From contig OZ024742.1 of NCBI GenBank assembly GCA_964016885.1, positions 287,928,001 through 287,992,000 of the forward strand: 64,000 nucleotides of DNA, given 5' to 3'. Source of the stretch: Eledone cirrhosa. Its lineage: Eukaryota. The position numbers and the translations under genes are program-made. The notes beneath the pieces were generated by a model. The model made no database searches, had not been told where the DNA came from, and was given only the letters and a program-made list of their open reading frames with translations. This document shows, in pieces, positions 41,521 to 55,185 of the stretch. Positions within the stretch are counted from its first letter, which is position 1, and each line of letters begins with the position of its first letter.

Positions 41521-43291
41521 GATATTGTCCCGTAACTTCTAATGGAGTCGTAGGGGCGCCATAGTAACATACGGTGTTTTGGGGCATTTTAGGCCTGACG
41601 GAGCCCATTTCTCTCTAGGCCGAGTACAGCAGATTTCTTCCAGAGAAGGATAAAAAGATATACTATTTGTAGAAAAAATGCAACAGTATAGGCACGACTG
41701 GAATGTCTTTCAGTCAAGTGTCTTAGATCATAGTTGCCTTTAGGACATACAAAGCGTTGATGTTTAACCCTAGATCTCGTCCGAGTGGGTTAGGGTGTCC
41801 TCCCAAAATTGACATAATTTCGAAGTCAAATAACAAATTCTTGCTCAAATGATCTCAAAGTTTAACACAATGTGTAAAAAGAAAATGTTAAATGTCATTT
41901 TGGTTTATTTATTTTTTTTTTTCAGATTGAAGAATAACGTTCACTAGAAATATCGTTTGCCTAGGACATGTAGTTATTCATATATTCACACCTCAAATGA
42001 TGTTAATTTTTGGGGGGAAACCTTGTATACATATATATGATGATGATGATGATGATGGCTGCAACTCGATTTCGAGTAATGCCATCGCTCGATACTTTAG
42101 CATGAGCATCACAAAAATGTTTTTTTAGTTCTGCTGGGGACTTGCCCATTGCCAGCAATGCTGTGCATCGCAATAAATGTAACATATCAAGCGATGCCTG
42201 TGCTTGAAGCTTTTTTAAGTGAGGAAGGCTTTGCACGGGGTCAATCCCACTCTCTGAACATCTACCCAAAAAGAAAAACTGGGCTACATCATTGGATGCA
42301 AACGAAGTCGCAGGTTTTTGCGTGCGTGTGTATGTACATATGTGTGAAACCGCGCCGTCTAAAATTACATTAAATATATTTATAATAAAGTATTAAATTA
42401 AATAAACTGCACTAAATATGTTGGTGTGTCACGGAAGTGGTTATATATATTTTAATACAAACGATTCGCTCTGCAGCGTTCTTTTAGAACTGAAACTACG
42501 GGGAATTCCAGAGTCATCGTCTTCTTCACCCACTTATTCCTATGAGGGTTGTGGGGGCAGAGTCCCCAAACACTCCTTCCAGCGGATCCTGTCAGAAGCA
42601 ACCGTCTCCAACTAATCCGGCTGGATCTCCAAGCGTGACTCGCCAAACTCATGGATGGTCACGCTTGGGGATCCAAACTTATGGATTCCAGAGTTGACAA
42701 TAAAAATGTTTTGTTCGAAATTCAGTGTCGGTTTGAATATCATCGGAGGTGGTATGATAAGTTGCTTCAATTATGTCTATGTTTATTACACCAGTCATTA
42801 CTTCGGGAAATGGTTTGTATCCCATCTCTACTTATCCCTTTTGATACCATCTGCCTGAAACAACCCTGGATTTATGATAATAATCTGCTCAATTTTAAGC
42901 TTAAATTATTTTATCAAATGAATTCTTCGAAATTTATTGAAACACAATGGTGGTACCCCAACAGGCCTCAGCCTGTCGGCCGGAACACGTAACACATTAG
43001 AAATATAGCAATGAAAGGGTTAATCATGTAGGCGTCACCAGTTAGTAGATAATAGTTACTCATTTTGACACAAGGCCTGTAATTTAAGTAAGGGAAAGTA
43101 AAGCCAATTATATAAACCCCAGTATTTGACTGGCACTTTATTTTATCGAGCTCGAAAGGTTGTAAGACAATGTTGACCTCGGCAACATTTGTAATTAGAA
43201 CGCAAAAAGCCAAAACAAATACTGCTAACCATTTGTTGACACTAAAGGCTCTACCAAACCAACGCCTTCAGTTCGTAGGTAATAAACATTC

Positions 43292-43485
43292 CAGACCAGC
43301 CGACCTCTAAAAACCCAAACGGGAGTACCATGAAAAAAAGTGCCCCAAAACGAGGAGAAAAGAGGCAAAATGAGGAGATTTTACATAATGAAAGCTATAC
43401 TCATGTTCACAGGAGAAGACATCTCTCACCCATCCCAAAATGGGTGGGAGATCTCCCCGTCGGACGAGGAGAGTTGACAGGTCTG
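43292..43485. mobile_element. ~190-bp MITE, second copy
   Basis: CAGACCAGCCGAC..GTTGACAGGTCTG. Confidence 0.65.
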
Positions 43486-44478
43486 TAATTGTATTAAATA
43501 AGCTTCAAAGTGAAATATTTCGGTACGAGGCAGTCGTCGGCAGGCAGAAAGAGGAAGAGATAGATAAAGAGTAAAAGAGAATTAATGCTTCTAAGTATAC
43601 TGGTGTTGTCACAGATTTTAACCAGAACACATATAGAACAGTCAAAATGCGGGAAAAACCCAAATATTTTCAATCTACGTGTAAAACTTTGCCTTAAAAA
43701 GTGATCGACTTTCAAAATTTGACATTAAAAATTAAAATTCAAGTGGGACTATTATAATAAACAGATATAAATGCTTCGTATGTGTATGTGTGGTATAGTG
43801 TGGTGTGTGTAAAACAAGTTGACTTGTTTTTATCTATACGTTATATCAATATTTCTATCAGTTCAAATATTCCAACTTTTTGTCTTTTGTTGTTGCTTCT
43901 GGAAGTTTTTTCTTTTTTTTTTTCTTCTGTTTGTCAATATCCCCAGTGTATACGAGAATAAAGATGAATTCCATATCAAAGTAAGCATTTATTGACTTAC
44001 TAATACATTGCCTTATTGATATTCTTTAAAATTTCCTTTAATCTTTATTATCACAGGTTTTTTACTCATCAATATCAAATCCCATGTTAGTAAGATATAA
44101 TATCGATAGAAGCATCTGTTTATAGTTGTGCATCACTGACCATAACTTCCTAACTAATTTTTGCTGTTATATATAAACGGAGACATAAGACAAATTGATA
44201 GTATGTCCAACCGTTATACTACTGTATTGGAACTGATACAGGCAGTGAGTCGCGAAAACGTCAGATAGAATCGTTTGCGTTATTCGTTCCAGATTGGTAA
44301 AGCTCTGTCTCTATGTTTTCCTTTCTCACTAACTAATACTTATTACTAATTTATACTTATTCCTAATTAAACTATTTTTCACTGGAAAAAATTTGTCAGC
44401 ATTTTCTTTTCCTTTTTACTAATATATCACAACTCGTGTGTCACACCTCTATTTTTTTTAAATATATATATATATACA

Positions 44479-45374
44479 AAATTAAGATAAATTAAATGAA
44501 TTTAATCTAAATCGAAATTGTGGGTGTCATTAATTGGTGAAATATATTTGTCCAGCATGGATTGCTGGACATTATTCTTCCTTGTTGATAATCCAATAAT
44601 ATCCACTTTCCGTGACTTATCATTTGATTAATTGGTGAAATATATTTCTTTAATGGAATATATACAGGGAAGATTAATCATATTAAAAGGTATCTATTTT
44701 TGAAGTTGTAGTCAACTTTATTTATTTGTTACCCAACTAGCTATGCGTGGTTACACGCTTGTAAAAATTATCTCCTGTGATTATTCATGTATATATATAT
44801 GTTAATCAATTTCTAGTTATTATAAAATGCTCGGACCTATCTTTGAGCTTATTTTCCAGGCGATATGGCGCACGCCGTTATGACATGACACCCACAATTT
44901 CGATTTAGATTAAATTCATTTAATTTATCTTAATTTTGGATATAGATATATAAATACGGCTCCTTAATTGTAGAGCTATTTCTGTTGAAGGGAATCGACT
45001 GCTGTTTCTAGTTGTCGAATACCTATTCACGCCACTGAAACGAGGCTGCTGTGATGTGTAGACGCAACACGTGGTAGCGGCCAGTTGAGGATTTGAACTC
45101 GCTGTGTGAGCATGGATTGCTGGACATTATTCTTCCTTGTTGATAATCCAATAATATCCACTTTCCGTGACTTAGCATCTGATTATTTGGTGAAATATAT
45201 TTCTTTAATGGAATATATACAGGGAAGATTAATCATATTAAAAGGTATCTATTTTTGAAGTTGTAGTCAACTTTATTTATTTGTTACCCAACTAGCTATG
45301 CGTGGTTACACGCTTGTAAAAATTATTTCCTGTGATTATTCATGTATATATATATATGTTAATCAATTTCTAGT

Positions 45375-45381
<7 letters not shown>
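44479..45381. repeat. ~555-bp unit in 1.5 tandem copies with an inverted leader
   Basis: 44554-44824 repeats at 45109-45381; 44479-44530 is the reverse complement of 44886-44937. Confidence 0.75.
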
Positions 45382-45454
<73 letters not shown>

Positions 45455-45484
45455 CATGATCAAAGTTCTGTTTAAATCATTTAT

Positions 45485-45533
45485 TTGCTTACAATTGTTT
45501 CTTCCAAACCTCGGTTTGGAGTCTTCGGAGCAA
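45485..45533 (-). ncRNA. Hammerhead variant with CCGAAGA core, in the inverted pLTR
   Basis: Reverse complement of 48591-48639. Confidence 0.6.
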
Positions 45534-45991
45534 TTTTTCAATGATTTTTTACATCCTTGACCTCCTTTCCAACACAAGAGACATATAGAAACATATGCAT
45601 ACATTGATGCACAGTGGGTTGACATCCATTATAATAATATAGCATGGCAATATACATACAAAGATTAAAGACATATTGAAGGACAAAATTAAAGTTAAAA
45701 TACAACATTGGCAGTTTACGAAGATAAAGCAAGAGGATAGTTTGAAGTAGTTAGTGTATGCAATAGTTACACGTGGGGCATGCACGTGTGTCTTATTTAT
45801 ATAAGATTATAGTGCGGCATGGTGTTACATGTAATACAAGCAGTTTAAGCAGGCAATCAAGAGTATTATGGGGGTTGTATTGGTAAAGTATTTTTTTTAT
45901 ATATATATGTATGATATCAAAAATATTAAAAGTATTAAAAGTGAGAAGCAAAACAACGCCACGGTCCTCGCATACACCACCATTTTCACAA

Positions 45992-47105
45992 GAAACGTAA
46001 ACATATTTAACAATAACTCGCAATATTATAATCAGGCATTAGCTAGATCAGGCCATAATATAGAAATCGAGTTCCTACCTACAAAAACACATAGCTACAA
46101 CATTATTTCGCACAACATGTCCATGAGGAAATTTAGTAATAAGAATAGCAACCACACACACAATAATACGGAGGATGCCAACAAAAGTAACCCACACCAC
46201 AGAAATTACCATAGTACCATAAAAAGAAACAACTCACCAGACATAAAAAACAAAAATAGAAGAAGAAATAATACATTTTTCAACCCTCCTTTCAATCTAA
46301 ACGTCTCTACCAACCTACCTAGGGCTTTCTTCTCACTACTAGATAAAAACTTCCCATCTGGCCACAAGTACCATAACCTTTTAAACAAAAACACTATTAA
46401 AATCTCCTACTCTACTACGCCTAACATAGCATACCACATAGCTAGTAGCAATAAAAGAAAAATTAATTCTTACTTCCAACAAACTAAATCACAACAGACG
46501 ATAAACCTTCAAAATAACATTATATCAACTAACCCTAATAACAATAGAAATAATAACAATAGCACTAGTGTAAGCAATAACGCTGGGAACGACAACCTCC
46601 ATAACCATAATCCTATAGCTACCATCCGGACTTCTACACAACATAATAACCGGCAGACTAACACCCAGAATAATTGTAACTGTAGATCTAATAGAACCTG
46701 CCCTTTAGATAAAAAAAATGCTTAATCAAGGATATCATATACTCATGCACCGTCACAACTAGCAACTCTTCTGAAACGTATATAGGCTCTACTTCAAACT
46801 GCTTCAAAACCAGATACAATTCGCACCTCCACTCTTTCAAAAAACACAGTCTAGCCAACTCCACTTCACTATCTAGCTACATACACTATCTAAAAACTAA
46901 AAATAAATCATATACACTTAAATGGGAAGTGATAGGTAACGCGACATCGTACAAACCACCTAATAAATTTTGTAACCTCTGTCTACTAGAGACCCATACT
47001 ATTATCTTCTCAAACCATAACCTCCTTAATAAAAAATCAGAAGTGTTCGCGTCTTGCCAGCACCGCTTCCGACACTCCTTCCAAAACTTTAAACCCAATA
47101 TATAA
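45992..47105 (+). pseudogene. Naiad-type PLE ORF C-terminus (RT thumb, linker, GIY-YIG), frameshifted at the A8 run 46711-46718
   Basis: FFNPPFNLNVSTN..IKISYSTTPN; CNC..CPL..CLIKDIIYSC..YIGST..FKTRYNSH..CNLCLLE..LLNKKSE..CQH; stop at 47103-47105. Confidence 0.85.
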
Positions 47106-48590
47106 CAATGTCAGACTTGAACCCGTCACCACCTCTAGCAACAAACCTCAAGGGCACACCTTACACTACATCTCCACACTCATTGTTCCACTTTAACGCA
47201 AATAGTGACACCCTCCTAGTACCTTTTACCCTATAGATATCCCCTTGTACATCTACTTTTGGTATATTTGCCTTCAATTACTTAGACTACATTACACCAT
47301 TATATAATTAATGTAAACTTTAAGCACGGAATTGGTTGTGCTAATGTTGTTCTGTGTATGGAGTGCCATCATTTGATAAATGGAAGCTTAATTAATTTAT
47401 TAACATAAAAGAGCTATATAACCTATATGCTGAGTGCAATGAATTATGTACAAGTGATGTATGAGTTATACATACATGTATGACTTGATGGTCAGATTAG
47501 TGTCATTGTAAGTGAGAATTGATCTCTGGTCTACCCTAGTGATATTTAACTTTGCCATGCAATCAGACATGCACTGACCCAGAGCTTACCAGGAGTTATA
47601 TATAGAAGTGATTCTAATAAAACCCTGCCAGGTTCTGCGGGTAGACTACACTTACAAAGATCACTGATTTGGGGATCTGACTCTTCATGTAGAATATTCA
47701 GTTGTGGCACTCTATGATAGAAGGTAATCATCCTAATATGAACACCTTTAGTACTTCTTGATAGACTACACCTGTAATTTATAGATAAGATACTTAAATT
47801 TAGAAACTGTTTATAACCTTATATGATAGGGACTCATTTGAGACACCATTTAATGTATATTAGGATAATAAATTTAGTTATAGAAATCAGCTAGTTACCT
47901 CCCCTTACGCATTAACACCCCTTAATCACACACACACTTCCGGAAAAAATAATACGATGTCAATTTTCGCAACAAAATCAACCTGCTCTATAGAATTGAT
48001 TTAGAGAACAACAAACGGTAGTGTTATAACATGGTTCTTCAAGCATCCATTGTTGAATCATCGTGGATTGTGTAAGGGACATATAATATATAAATTGCGT
48101 TTCCTGGATTGTGAAAATGGTGGTGTATGCGAGGACCGTGGCGTTGTTTTGCTTCTCACTTTTAATACTTTTAATATTTTTGATATCTCTCTACACACTG
48201 GCTTCTATATCATACATATATATATAAAAAAATACTTTACCAATACAACCCCCATAATACTCTTGATTGCCTGCTTAAACTGCTTGTATTACATGTAACA
48301 CCCTGCCGCACTATAATCTTATATAAATAAGACACACGTGCATGCCCCACGTGTAACTATTGCATACACTAACTACTTCAAACTATCCTCTTGCTTTATC
48401 TTCGTAAACTGCCAATGTTGTATTTTAACTTTAATTTTGTCCTTTAATATGTCTTTAATCTTTGTATGTATATTGCCATGCTATATTATTATAATGGATG
48501 TCAACCCACTGTGCATCAATATATGCATATGTTTCTATATGTCTCTTGTGTTGGAAAGGAGGTCAAGGATGTAAAAAAATCATTGAAAAA

Positions 48591-48639
48591 TTGCTCCGAA
48601 GACTCCAAACCGAGGTTTGGAAGAAACAATTGTAAGCAA
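48591..48639 (+). ncRNA. Hammerhead variant with CCGAAGA core
   Basis: TTGCT CCGAAGA C TCCAAACC-GA-GGTTTGGA A GAAA CAATTG TA AGCAA, overlapping AATAAA. Confidence 0.65.
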
Positions 48640-48838
48640 ATAAATGATTTAAACAGAACTTTGATTCATGTATTTTCTATATAACTGCTCTGTAAAACTA
48701 TTGATGTTGTTACATTGAGCTATTTATCTTACTGGTAATAAGGTAGTAATAAATTACCGTCTTTCACTATTTAGGGTTTAAAATATATATAACTATAAAA
48801 GATTTTAGTATATACACAACCATAAATAGTATCCTTAA

Positions 48839-48909
<71 letters not shown>

Positions 48910-49848
48910 GTAGAAAGTAGAAAATGATTTGTTTAAGAAGGCTAAGACAATGTAAAATGGACGGTAAAATAAAAGCAACGTAAAAGTTTGCTACCTGGTA
49001 TTTACTACTATTATCTTCTTTTTTTTTTTATCCTAATATTACGGGACTTAAAAATGCCTTCCTCAGAGTATGGGGAACTCTCAGAGCAAAATGTTCCAGT
49101 TTTATAGCTTTGAAATTTGATGATAGATTTGAAGAAACATTAGCTGCTTTTTCTAGCTGTTTGAGAGACCAGGTAAAAGTTCCTTGTCGGTTTGTATGTT
49201 AATGGTATTAGTGAATGAAAGCCAGCTTACCGATGCTGCTCTCTTTCACAGACACACACGATTATGAGAGAGAGGCGGGTGGTTGCACCATGTTTGATAT
49301 GCAAGTAATACTTTAGGGTATAAGAAATATGGAATATCCTTCCATTGGAACTAATCTACAGTTTAGTTTAACTTAGCAATTAATCCCTCATCTTGTTAAG
49401 ACATGTCAACATTTTCTACCGTGACATTCCAAAATCTGGATATACTCTTATTTGTTTACCTGTTCCAGCCAACAAACTGAAGCCATGCAAGGGTACCACC
49501 ATATATAAAGGATCTAAAACTACAGTATTTAATTCTTTCACAAATAAATAATACTCCAAAGGGAATGGATTTGGCAAACGGTCAAAAATAAAGATGGACG
49601 GAACAATAAAGAAGTGTCTACGTTGTCACTTGATCGGCTATAAATAGCAGTCAAATCTCCTTTAATTAAGTTCCGACCACCTGAAACTGTTGAAGGAAAC
49701 ACTGGGTAATGGCGGTGCTTGGTATGCAAAAACACACATGACAGCGAATGCTAGATTGCTTTCATTGATTGGCAGTATCGGTAGAGGGTCGGACGCCATG
49801 CTTTGACGCATAGAGTTACGGCCCTTGCCATTCTGAATTCAAATCCTG

Positions 49849-50366
49849 CCGCCATCACCACCACCGCGGCCGCTATCACCACTACCATCACCACCACCAC
49901 GGCCGCTATCACCACTACCATCACCACCACCACGGCCGCTATCACCACTACCATCACCACCACCACGGCCGCTATCACCACTACCATCACCACCACCACG
50001 GCCGCTATCACCACTACCATCACCACCACCACGGCCGCTATCACCACTACCATCACCACCACCGCGGCCGCTATCACCACTACCATCACCACCACCACGG
50101 CCGCTATCACCACTACCATCACCACCACCACGGCCGCTATCACCACTACCATCACCACCACCACGGCCGCTATCACCACTACCATCACCACCACCACGGC
50201 CGCTATCACCACTACCATCACCACCACCACGGCCGCTATCACCACTACCATCACCACCACCGCGGCCGCTATCACCACTACCATCACCACCACCGCGGCC
50301 GCTATCACCACTACCATCACCACCACCACGGCAGCTATCACCACTACCATCACCACCACCACCATT
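49849..50366. repeat. 33-bp minisatellite (CCGCTATCACCACTACCATCACCACCACCACGG)n attached to a SINE 5' half (49757-49852)
   Basis: About 15 near-identical units; explains the 11-aa periodic ORFs. Confidence 0.92.
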
Positions 50367-50809
50367 ACCAATAGACAGCAAAAGCGGAGTAATTATTGCT
50401 ATTAGTATAATTAGTTATACGGAAGTTAATATAACAGAATGTTGGACTTTATCTTCTTTCAACGCAAACATTTTGACAATCATTAATATCGTTGAAATAA
50501 TGTTGCCCATTTAGGAATGTTAATTGTTGATATATTACTGGGATTATTATAGTTTATGTGTGTAAAGGGCAGTGGATTCGTAAAATCGGTAGAGCGTCGG
50601 ACTATATGCTTTGCAGCATATGATTACCTCCTGATTACATTCTGAGTTCAAATCCTGCAGAGGTTAATTTTGTTTTCATCCTTACGTGGTCGATAAAATA
50701 AAGTACCAGTAATGCAGCGAGGTCGATTTCGCTGGAAGAACTTCATTTAGGCTCCCTCGGCTCTATATCCAAATGTGCAAAATATAAACTGAAATTTGTA
50801 ACAGTCAAT

Positions 50810-51075
50810 TCGGCCACAAACCCAGGCACTGTCACCCGTAAAGCAGAGGAGAAGGTATCCAAATACTGGAAATTAACCAACTCTTTCCTTTTCGTACCGG
50901 TCTAGTGTCCTATAGTGTCCTCAGTCATTGAACTGCCGTTTTCCTCCGCAAAATCGGGAAGAATGCATCCCACCTGAGGAAGCGGCCCCATGAAATGTAT
51001 TGGCTGACGCAATACGTGTCGCTGGATGTTCTCCGCAGTAATGTTTTCGCCATCTTGTCCGCGGTGTGCAGCTAA
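50810..51075 (+). mobile_element. Decayed CRE-like non-LTR retrotransposon C-terminus (restriction-like endonuclease region)
   Basis: SATNPGTVTRKAEEKVSKYWKLTNSFLFVPV* then FLRKIGK..EMYWLTQYVSLDVLRSNVFAILSA*, resembling AE..K..KY..L...F.P and QR.S.A.QRGNA..IL. Confidence 0.55.
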
Positions 51076-52796
51076 GATATACCGCAGATCAGTATATTTT
51101 AAGGTATAGACTGTCCACCGTTCACTCTTTTTTTATTAACTTTTTTTCTCTCTTGTTTATTATATCTAAAGCCCATGTAGTAGAACAGTGTCTTCGAGTA
51201 AGTCAGTATGAGAAGTACACGTAAGCCTATGCTTCTGTAATACCGTAGTATTATAAAAGCCTTAGAGTACCTTTAGTAAATTAGAAGAGGTACCCCAAGG
51301 AAAGATGAAAGAGGCTAAACCGGCTTAGCATTATATAAATTACAAAGTTATCTCCACTGTTAAAGTGGGAAACAACTAAACTAAAAATGAAACATTGCCA
51401 AAAACTAAAAAAAAAAAAACCAAACGCACTTTTCCCATTGGTAACTTTGCTCCATTTATTGACTAAAGAAGGAAATATAAATCATTTTTCTGTATTTTTC
51501 ATTATCTATATTTAGACTTTATACTTTTGAATACATTTCGGAATTCAGGTAAAAAAGTGCGTCAAAATACTTTTACTTGTTCTGAAGAACACTCAGGATA
51601 AAAACAAATTGAGGAATCACTGCCATAGCCCATCTTTCGACTCATGGAAACGCCGAACATTAATAACTGATAAAAGTTTTTAAAAAGTAAAAAAACTCAA
51701 ATGAATCCCCTATTTCCAATACAAAAAGATAAATAATCTGGAAAACGTAAAACTTCACAGGGGGACTGTAATTTGGGAGTAGTTGTAGTAGTCTGGCACA
51801 AGGTCACAACTCTCTAGGTGAAACGTTTAGTTGATATTGAAATGTATATTATATACATGGTTAGTATTTATTTTATCAACCTCAGGCAGGATTTGAACTT
51901 ATAACGTAGAGAGGCAAAAGTAAATACTATCAGACAATTAGTTCGGTAGTCTACTGTTTCACCAACAAATTATTAACCCTTGGCCTTTTTTTGGGGGGGG
52001 GGGGGAATATAATAAATGAGTGCATAGCCTGACTTCAGTTGTTGGCTCTCATTAACTTTGCTTATGTAATTAATACTCTTGAAGAAAGGCAGTCTAATTT
52101 TATGTTTTCTATGAATTTAGTAACCTTGTACTTATTCAACAGAAATAAATTTTAAATCACAAGATGGCTAGTATTGTAAACTTAACGTAGTCTTCCTGTT
52201 AACTAAATTCGTTATATGTATTTGATTCCTTGTACTAGACAGTTAGCTTCCTTTACATCACTAATTATCTTGAGAAAATTAATGAACATTCAACTCCCAT
52301 TTATTTCGCTGAAATAATTTTTTTTTTTAATGTTGTGACTGTAAGAATGTACCAGCGGAAGATAACAGATACTGGTGTTAATAATAATCAGGGCCGGATT
52401 GAGTCCTTAATGCACTTAATAGATTATAGAACCCCCACTTCCCTATATTTGCATGTAAGGATCCATAACTCCTAATGGATTTGTTGGGGCACCGTACTGA
52501 TATGTCTTTTGAACCTAACGGAGACCATCCCACTCAAAGTCTGAACACAACTGTTTTTTTGTTTTTTTTTCTGAGAAGGAAAGAGTGATAGAGAGGAAGC
52601 GAGAAAGAGATATATAGAAAGAATCAACCCCAATATTGGACTGGTAGTTTTGTTTTGTTTTTTATCGGACTCGAAAGGTTGAAAGGCAAAGTTGACCTTG
52701 ACAGCATTTGAACTCAGAGAGCTGGAAAGAATGCTGCAAAGTATTCTATCCGACGTTCTAACGTCTCGTCTATCTTAAGCCAGGAGGCTCGTCAGG

Positions 52797-53030
52797 CCGG
52801 TGCTTATCCTGGTTTCGTCACGTGAAGCGACTGAGAGTACAAGACTACCCCATGGACAGGACACCAGTTCATTGCAGGGTTAAACCCCCAGCTTTTGCTG
52901 GTACTCCTTTTCAGCTGTGTATACTGGAGCAACGTGAAATGAAGAGTTGTGCTCAAGAACACAACACACAACCCAGGAATCAAACCCACGACATTATGAT
53001 CGTAAGTCCAACACCCTTACCAAATCACCA
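52797..53030 (-). mobile_element. tRNA-derived SINE family 2
   Basis: Reverse-complement homologue of 1889-2130. Confidence 0.7.
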
Positions 53031-53809
53031 CTTCCCTTCATATATAAGAATCTGCAACAAGCAAATGGGGGAGGGAGTGACAAATACATTTAGTGTCCCT
53101 CTTCCTTTGATGCCGTAAGTACTCTTGGGTCTCGAATAATCGTCCCCTCCCCGCTTATTAAATTTTACTAATTTATCTCTGGTGAAATTTTATTTGAAGT
53201 GGTAGCATTCCTGCGACAATTCATTTTCTTTGGACATTAAAAACATATTTGACAAAAAAAAAAGTTCATTACTAGAAATCCCACGCGTTACAAAATAAAT
53301 AGATAGGTTGAGGGTCCCAATATGTAAACTAGATGTTTAATTTTGGCTTTCAAAAAAATCTGGTTTAAAAACAAAATATTTTTAAATCAACGGAGACAAC
53401 CTAGAGAAATATAAATATAATTTTGCATGCGCAAACATTTTTATAAATAAGTATGGATACACTCACATACATTTGCTTCTGTATGTGTGTGTGCGCGCGC
53501 GTGGTCGACACTTGAATTTGCTTGAAAGATTTTATTTAAAATGTGTGAGACAGTAATTAATTATCAAGTGACAAACACAAACTCAAGATATCAAGGTACT
53601 TCAAAGAGTTGACAGCCTCACCTTTGAATCACAATCTAGATATTTTCCGTTATGAGATAAAAGCGATGACTCACAGAGAGAGAGAGTATCAACGAGTTTC
53701 AAATATGTTTATGCAAAGTTGCAATTATTTTCTAAGAAATTGCCCACTGGGTCATTTCTTACCCGGACAACGTCGGGTGCAGCTGCTAGTAGTTACAATA
53801 CAAGGGCAA

Positions 53810-55185
53810 ATGTCGGACAGAGTGCTTTTGCGGTATTTGTTCCAGTTTTCTGCGCTCTGAGTTAAAAAATCTGCCCAAGGTTAACTTTAAATCCTTTCGA
53901 GGTCGATAAATAATGTACCAGCCCAGTACTAGTATCGATGACCTCCCCACCTCTTTATCTCTTGAAGAAATAGATCCTCATGGATTGATAATTGGATGTG
54001 TGCATATTATAGTATGTAAATATCTGTATTTAAAACTAAATGAATTTTTCTGTTTCAACTATAATTCAATATCATTATCCTTTTCAATATATTTAAGTAC
54101 GACAGAGGGCTGTGAATTGGCAGTATCGGTAGAGCGTCGGACAACATGCTTTGCGGCATAGAGTTGCAGCCCTTTACGTTCGGAGTTCAAATCCCGTCGA
54201 GGTTAGCCTTTTTTACGTGGTCGATAAAATAAAGTACCAGTAACACACTGGGGTCAATTTAATCGACTTTCTCCTCCCCCAAAATTGCTGGCCTTGTTCC
54301 TAAATCGGAAACCATTATTTAAGTGCGGTGGATTGGCAGTAGAATCGGTAGAGCTTCGGACAACATGCTTTATGGCGTAGAATTACACCCGTTTACGTTC
54401 TGTGTTCAAATCCCGTCGAGATTAGCTTTGCCTTTCGTCCTTAAGGGGTCGGTAAATAAAGTACCAGTAACGTACTGGGGTCAATTTAATAAACTTTCCC
54501 CACCTCCAAAATTGCTGGCCTTGTGCCTAAATCAGAAACTAATATTAAAATGTTGTAGTTTGCTTGAAGCATTGTATATAATATATAATGTGGAATGTGA
54601 TATAATGCAAATATGACGGTAAGATGAAGGTAACGAAAAAGTTAGTAACCTGGTAATCTTTGTTTTGTTTTTTGTTTTTGCTGTTGTTCCTTTCGTCCTA
54701 ATATTTCGGGACTTAAAATTCCCGTCTTCGGAGTATAAGGGACTCTCAGAGAAAAATGTTCCGGTTTCTTCTCTTTGGAATTAAGTACAATAAACATATT
54801 CACCTTCATTATTGATGGATTGGCAGTATCGGTAGAGGGTCGGATACCATGCTTTGCAGCATAGACTTACGGCCCTTTCCAGTCCGAGTTCAAATCCCGC
54901 TGAGGTTAACTTTGCCTTTCATCCTTACGGGATCGATAAAATAAAGTACCAGTAATGTACTGGAATAATTGCTGGCCTTGTGCCATAAGTAGAAACAATT
55001 ATTGGCACCTTCTTGTGGTGATAGATTGACAGAATCGTTCCAATGTCGGACACAAAATTCTATGCAGCATCTAGTTATGGCCCTTTCTTCCTTCCGAGGT
55101 CGATAAAATAAAGTACCAGTCTCGCACTGTGGTCAATATAATCAATTTCCCCTACCCTCGTGCTTAAATTAGAAATCATTATTGA
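53810..55185 (+). mobile_element. Co-oriented cluster of about 5 SINE family 1 copies
   Basis: Copies near 53810, 54107, 54323, 54815 and 55016 with TGGCAGTATCGG / GTTCAAATCC boxes and the Meta-like core. Confidence 0.8.

Larger units (their letters stand above)
45450..48680 (+). mobile_element. 5'-truncated Penelope-like element (Naiad type) with an inverted upstream pLTR
   Basis: 45450-45991 is the reverse complement of 48109-48675; body encodes the RT thumb/linker and GIY-YIG; HHR variant in each pLTR. Confidence 0.88.

Noticed and set aside
45868-45991. N-terminus of the 285-aa ORF as a real start
   Set aside because: It reads through the inverted pLTR; the true PLE frame begins at the junction near 45992.
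46670-47300. Selenocysteine/SECIS use, reported for some Naiad elements
   Set aside because: The conserved Cys positions here are TGT/TGC, there is no in-frame TGA, and I see no convincing SECIS.
49751-50405. Three overlapping ORFs with poly-V, poly-T or GGGDGSGDS repeats
   Set aside because: Products of a 33-bp minisatellite fused to a SINE head.
51577-51667. Minus-strand 90-nt exon-like segment as a tektin 5' exon
   Set aside because: The translation shows no tektin similarity and the donor is weak.
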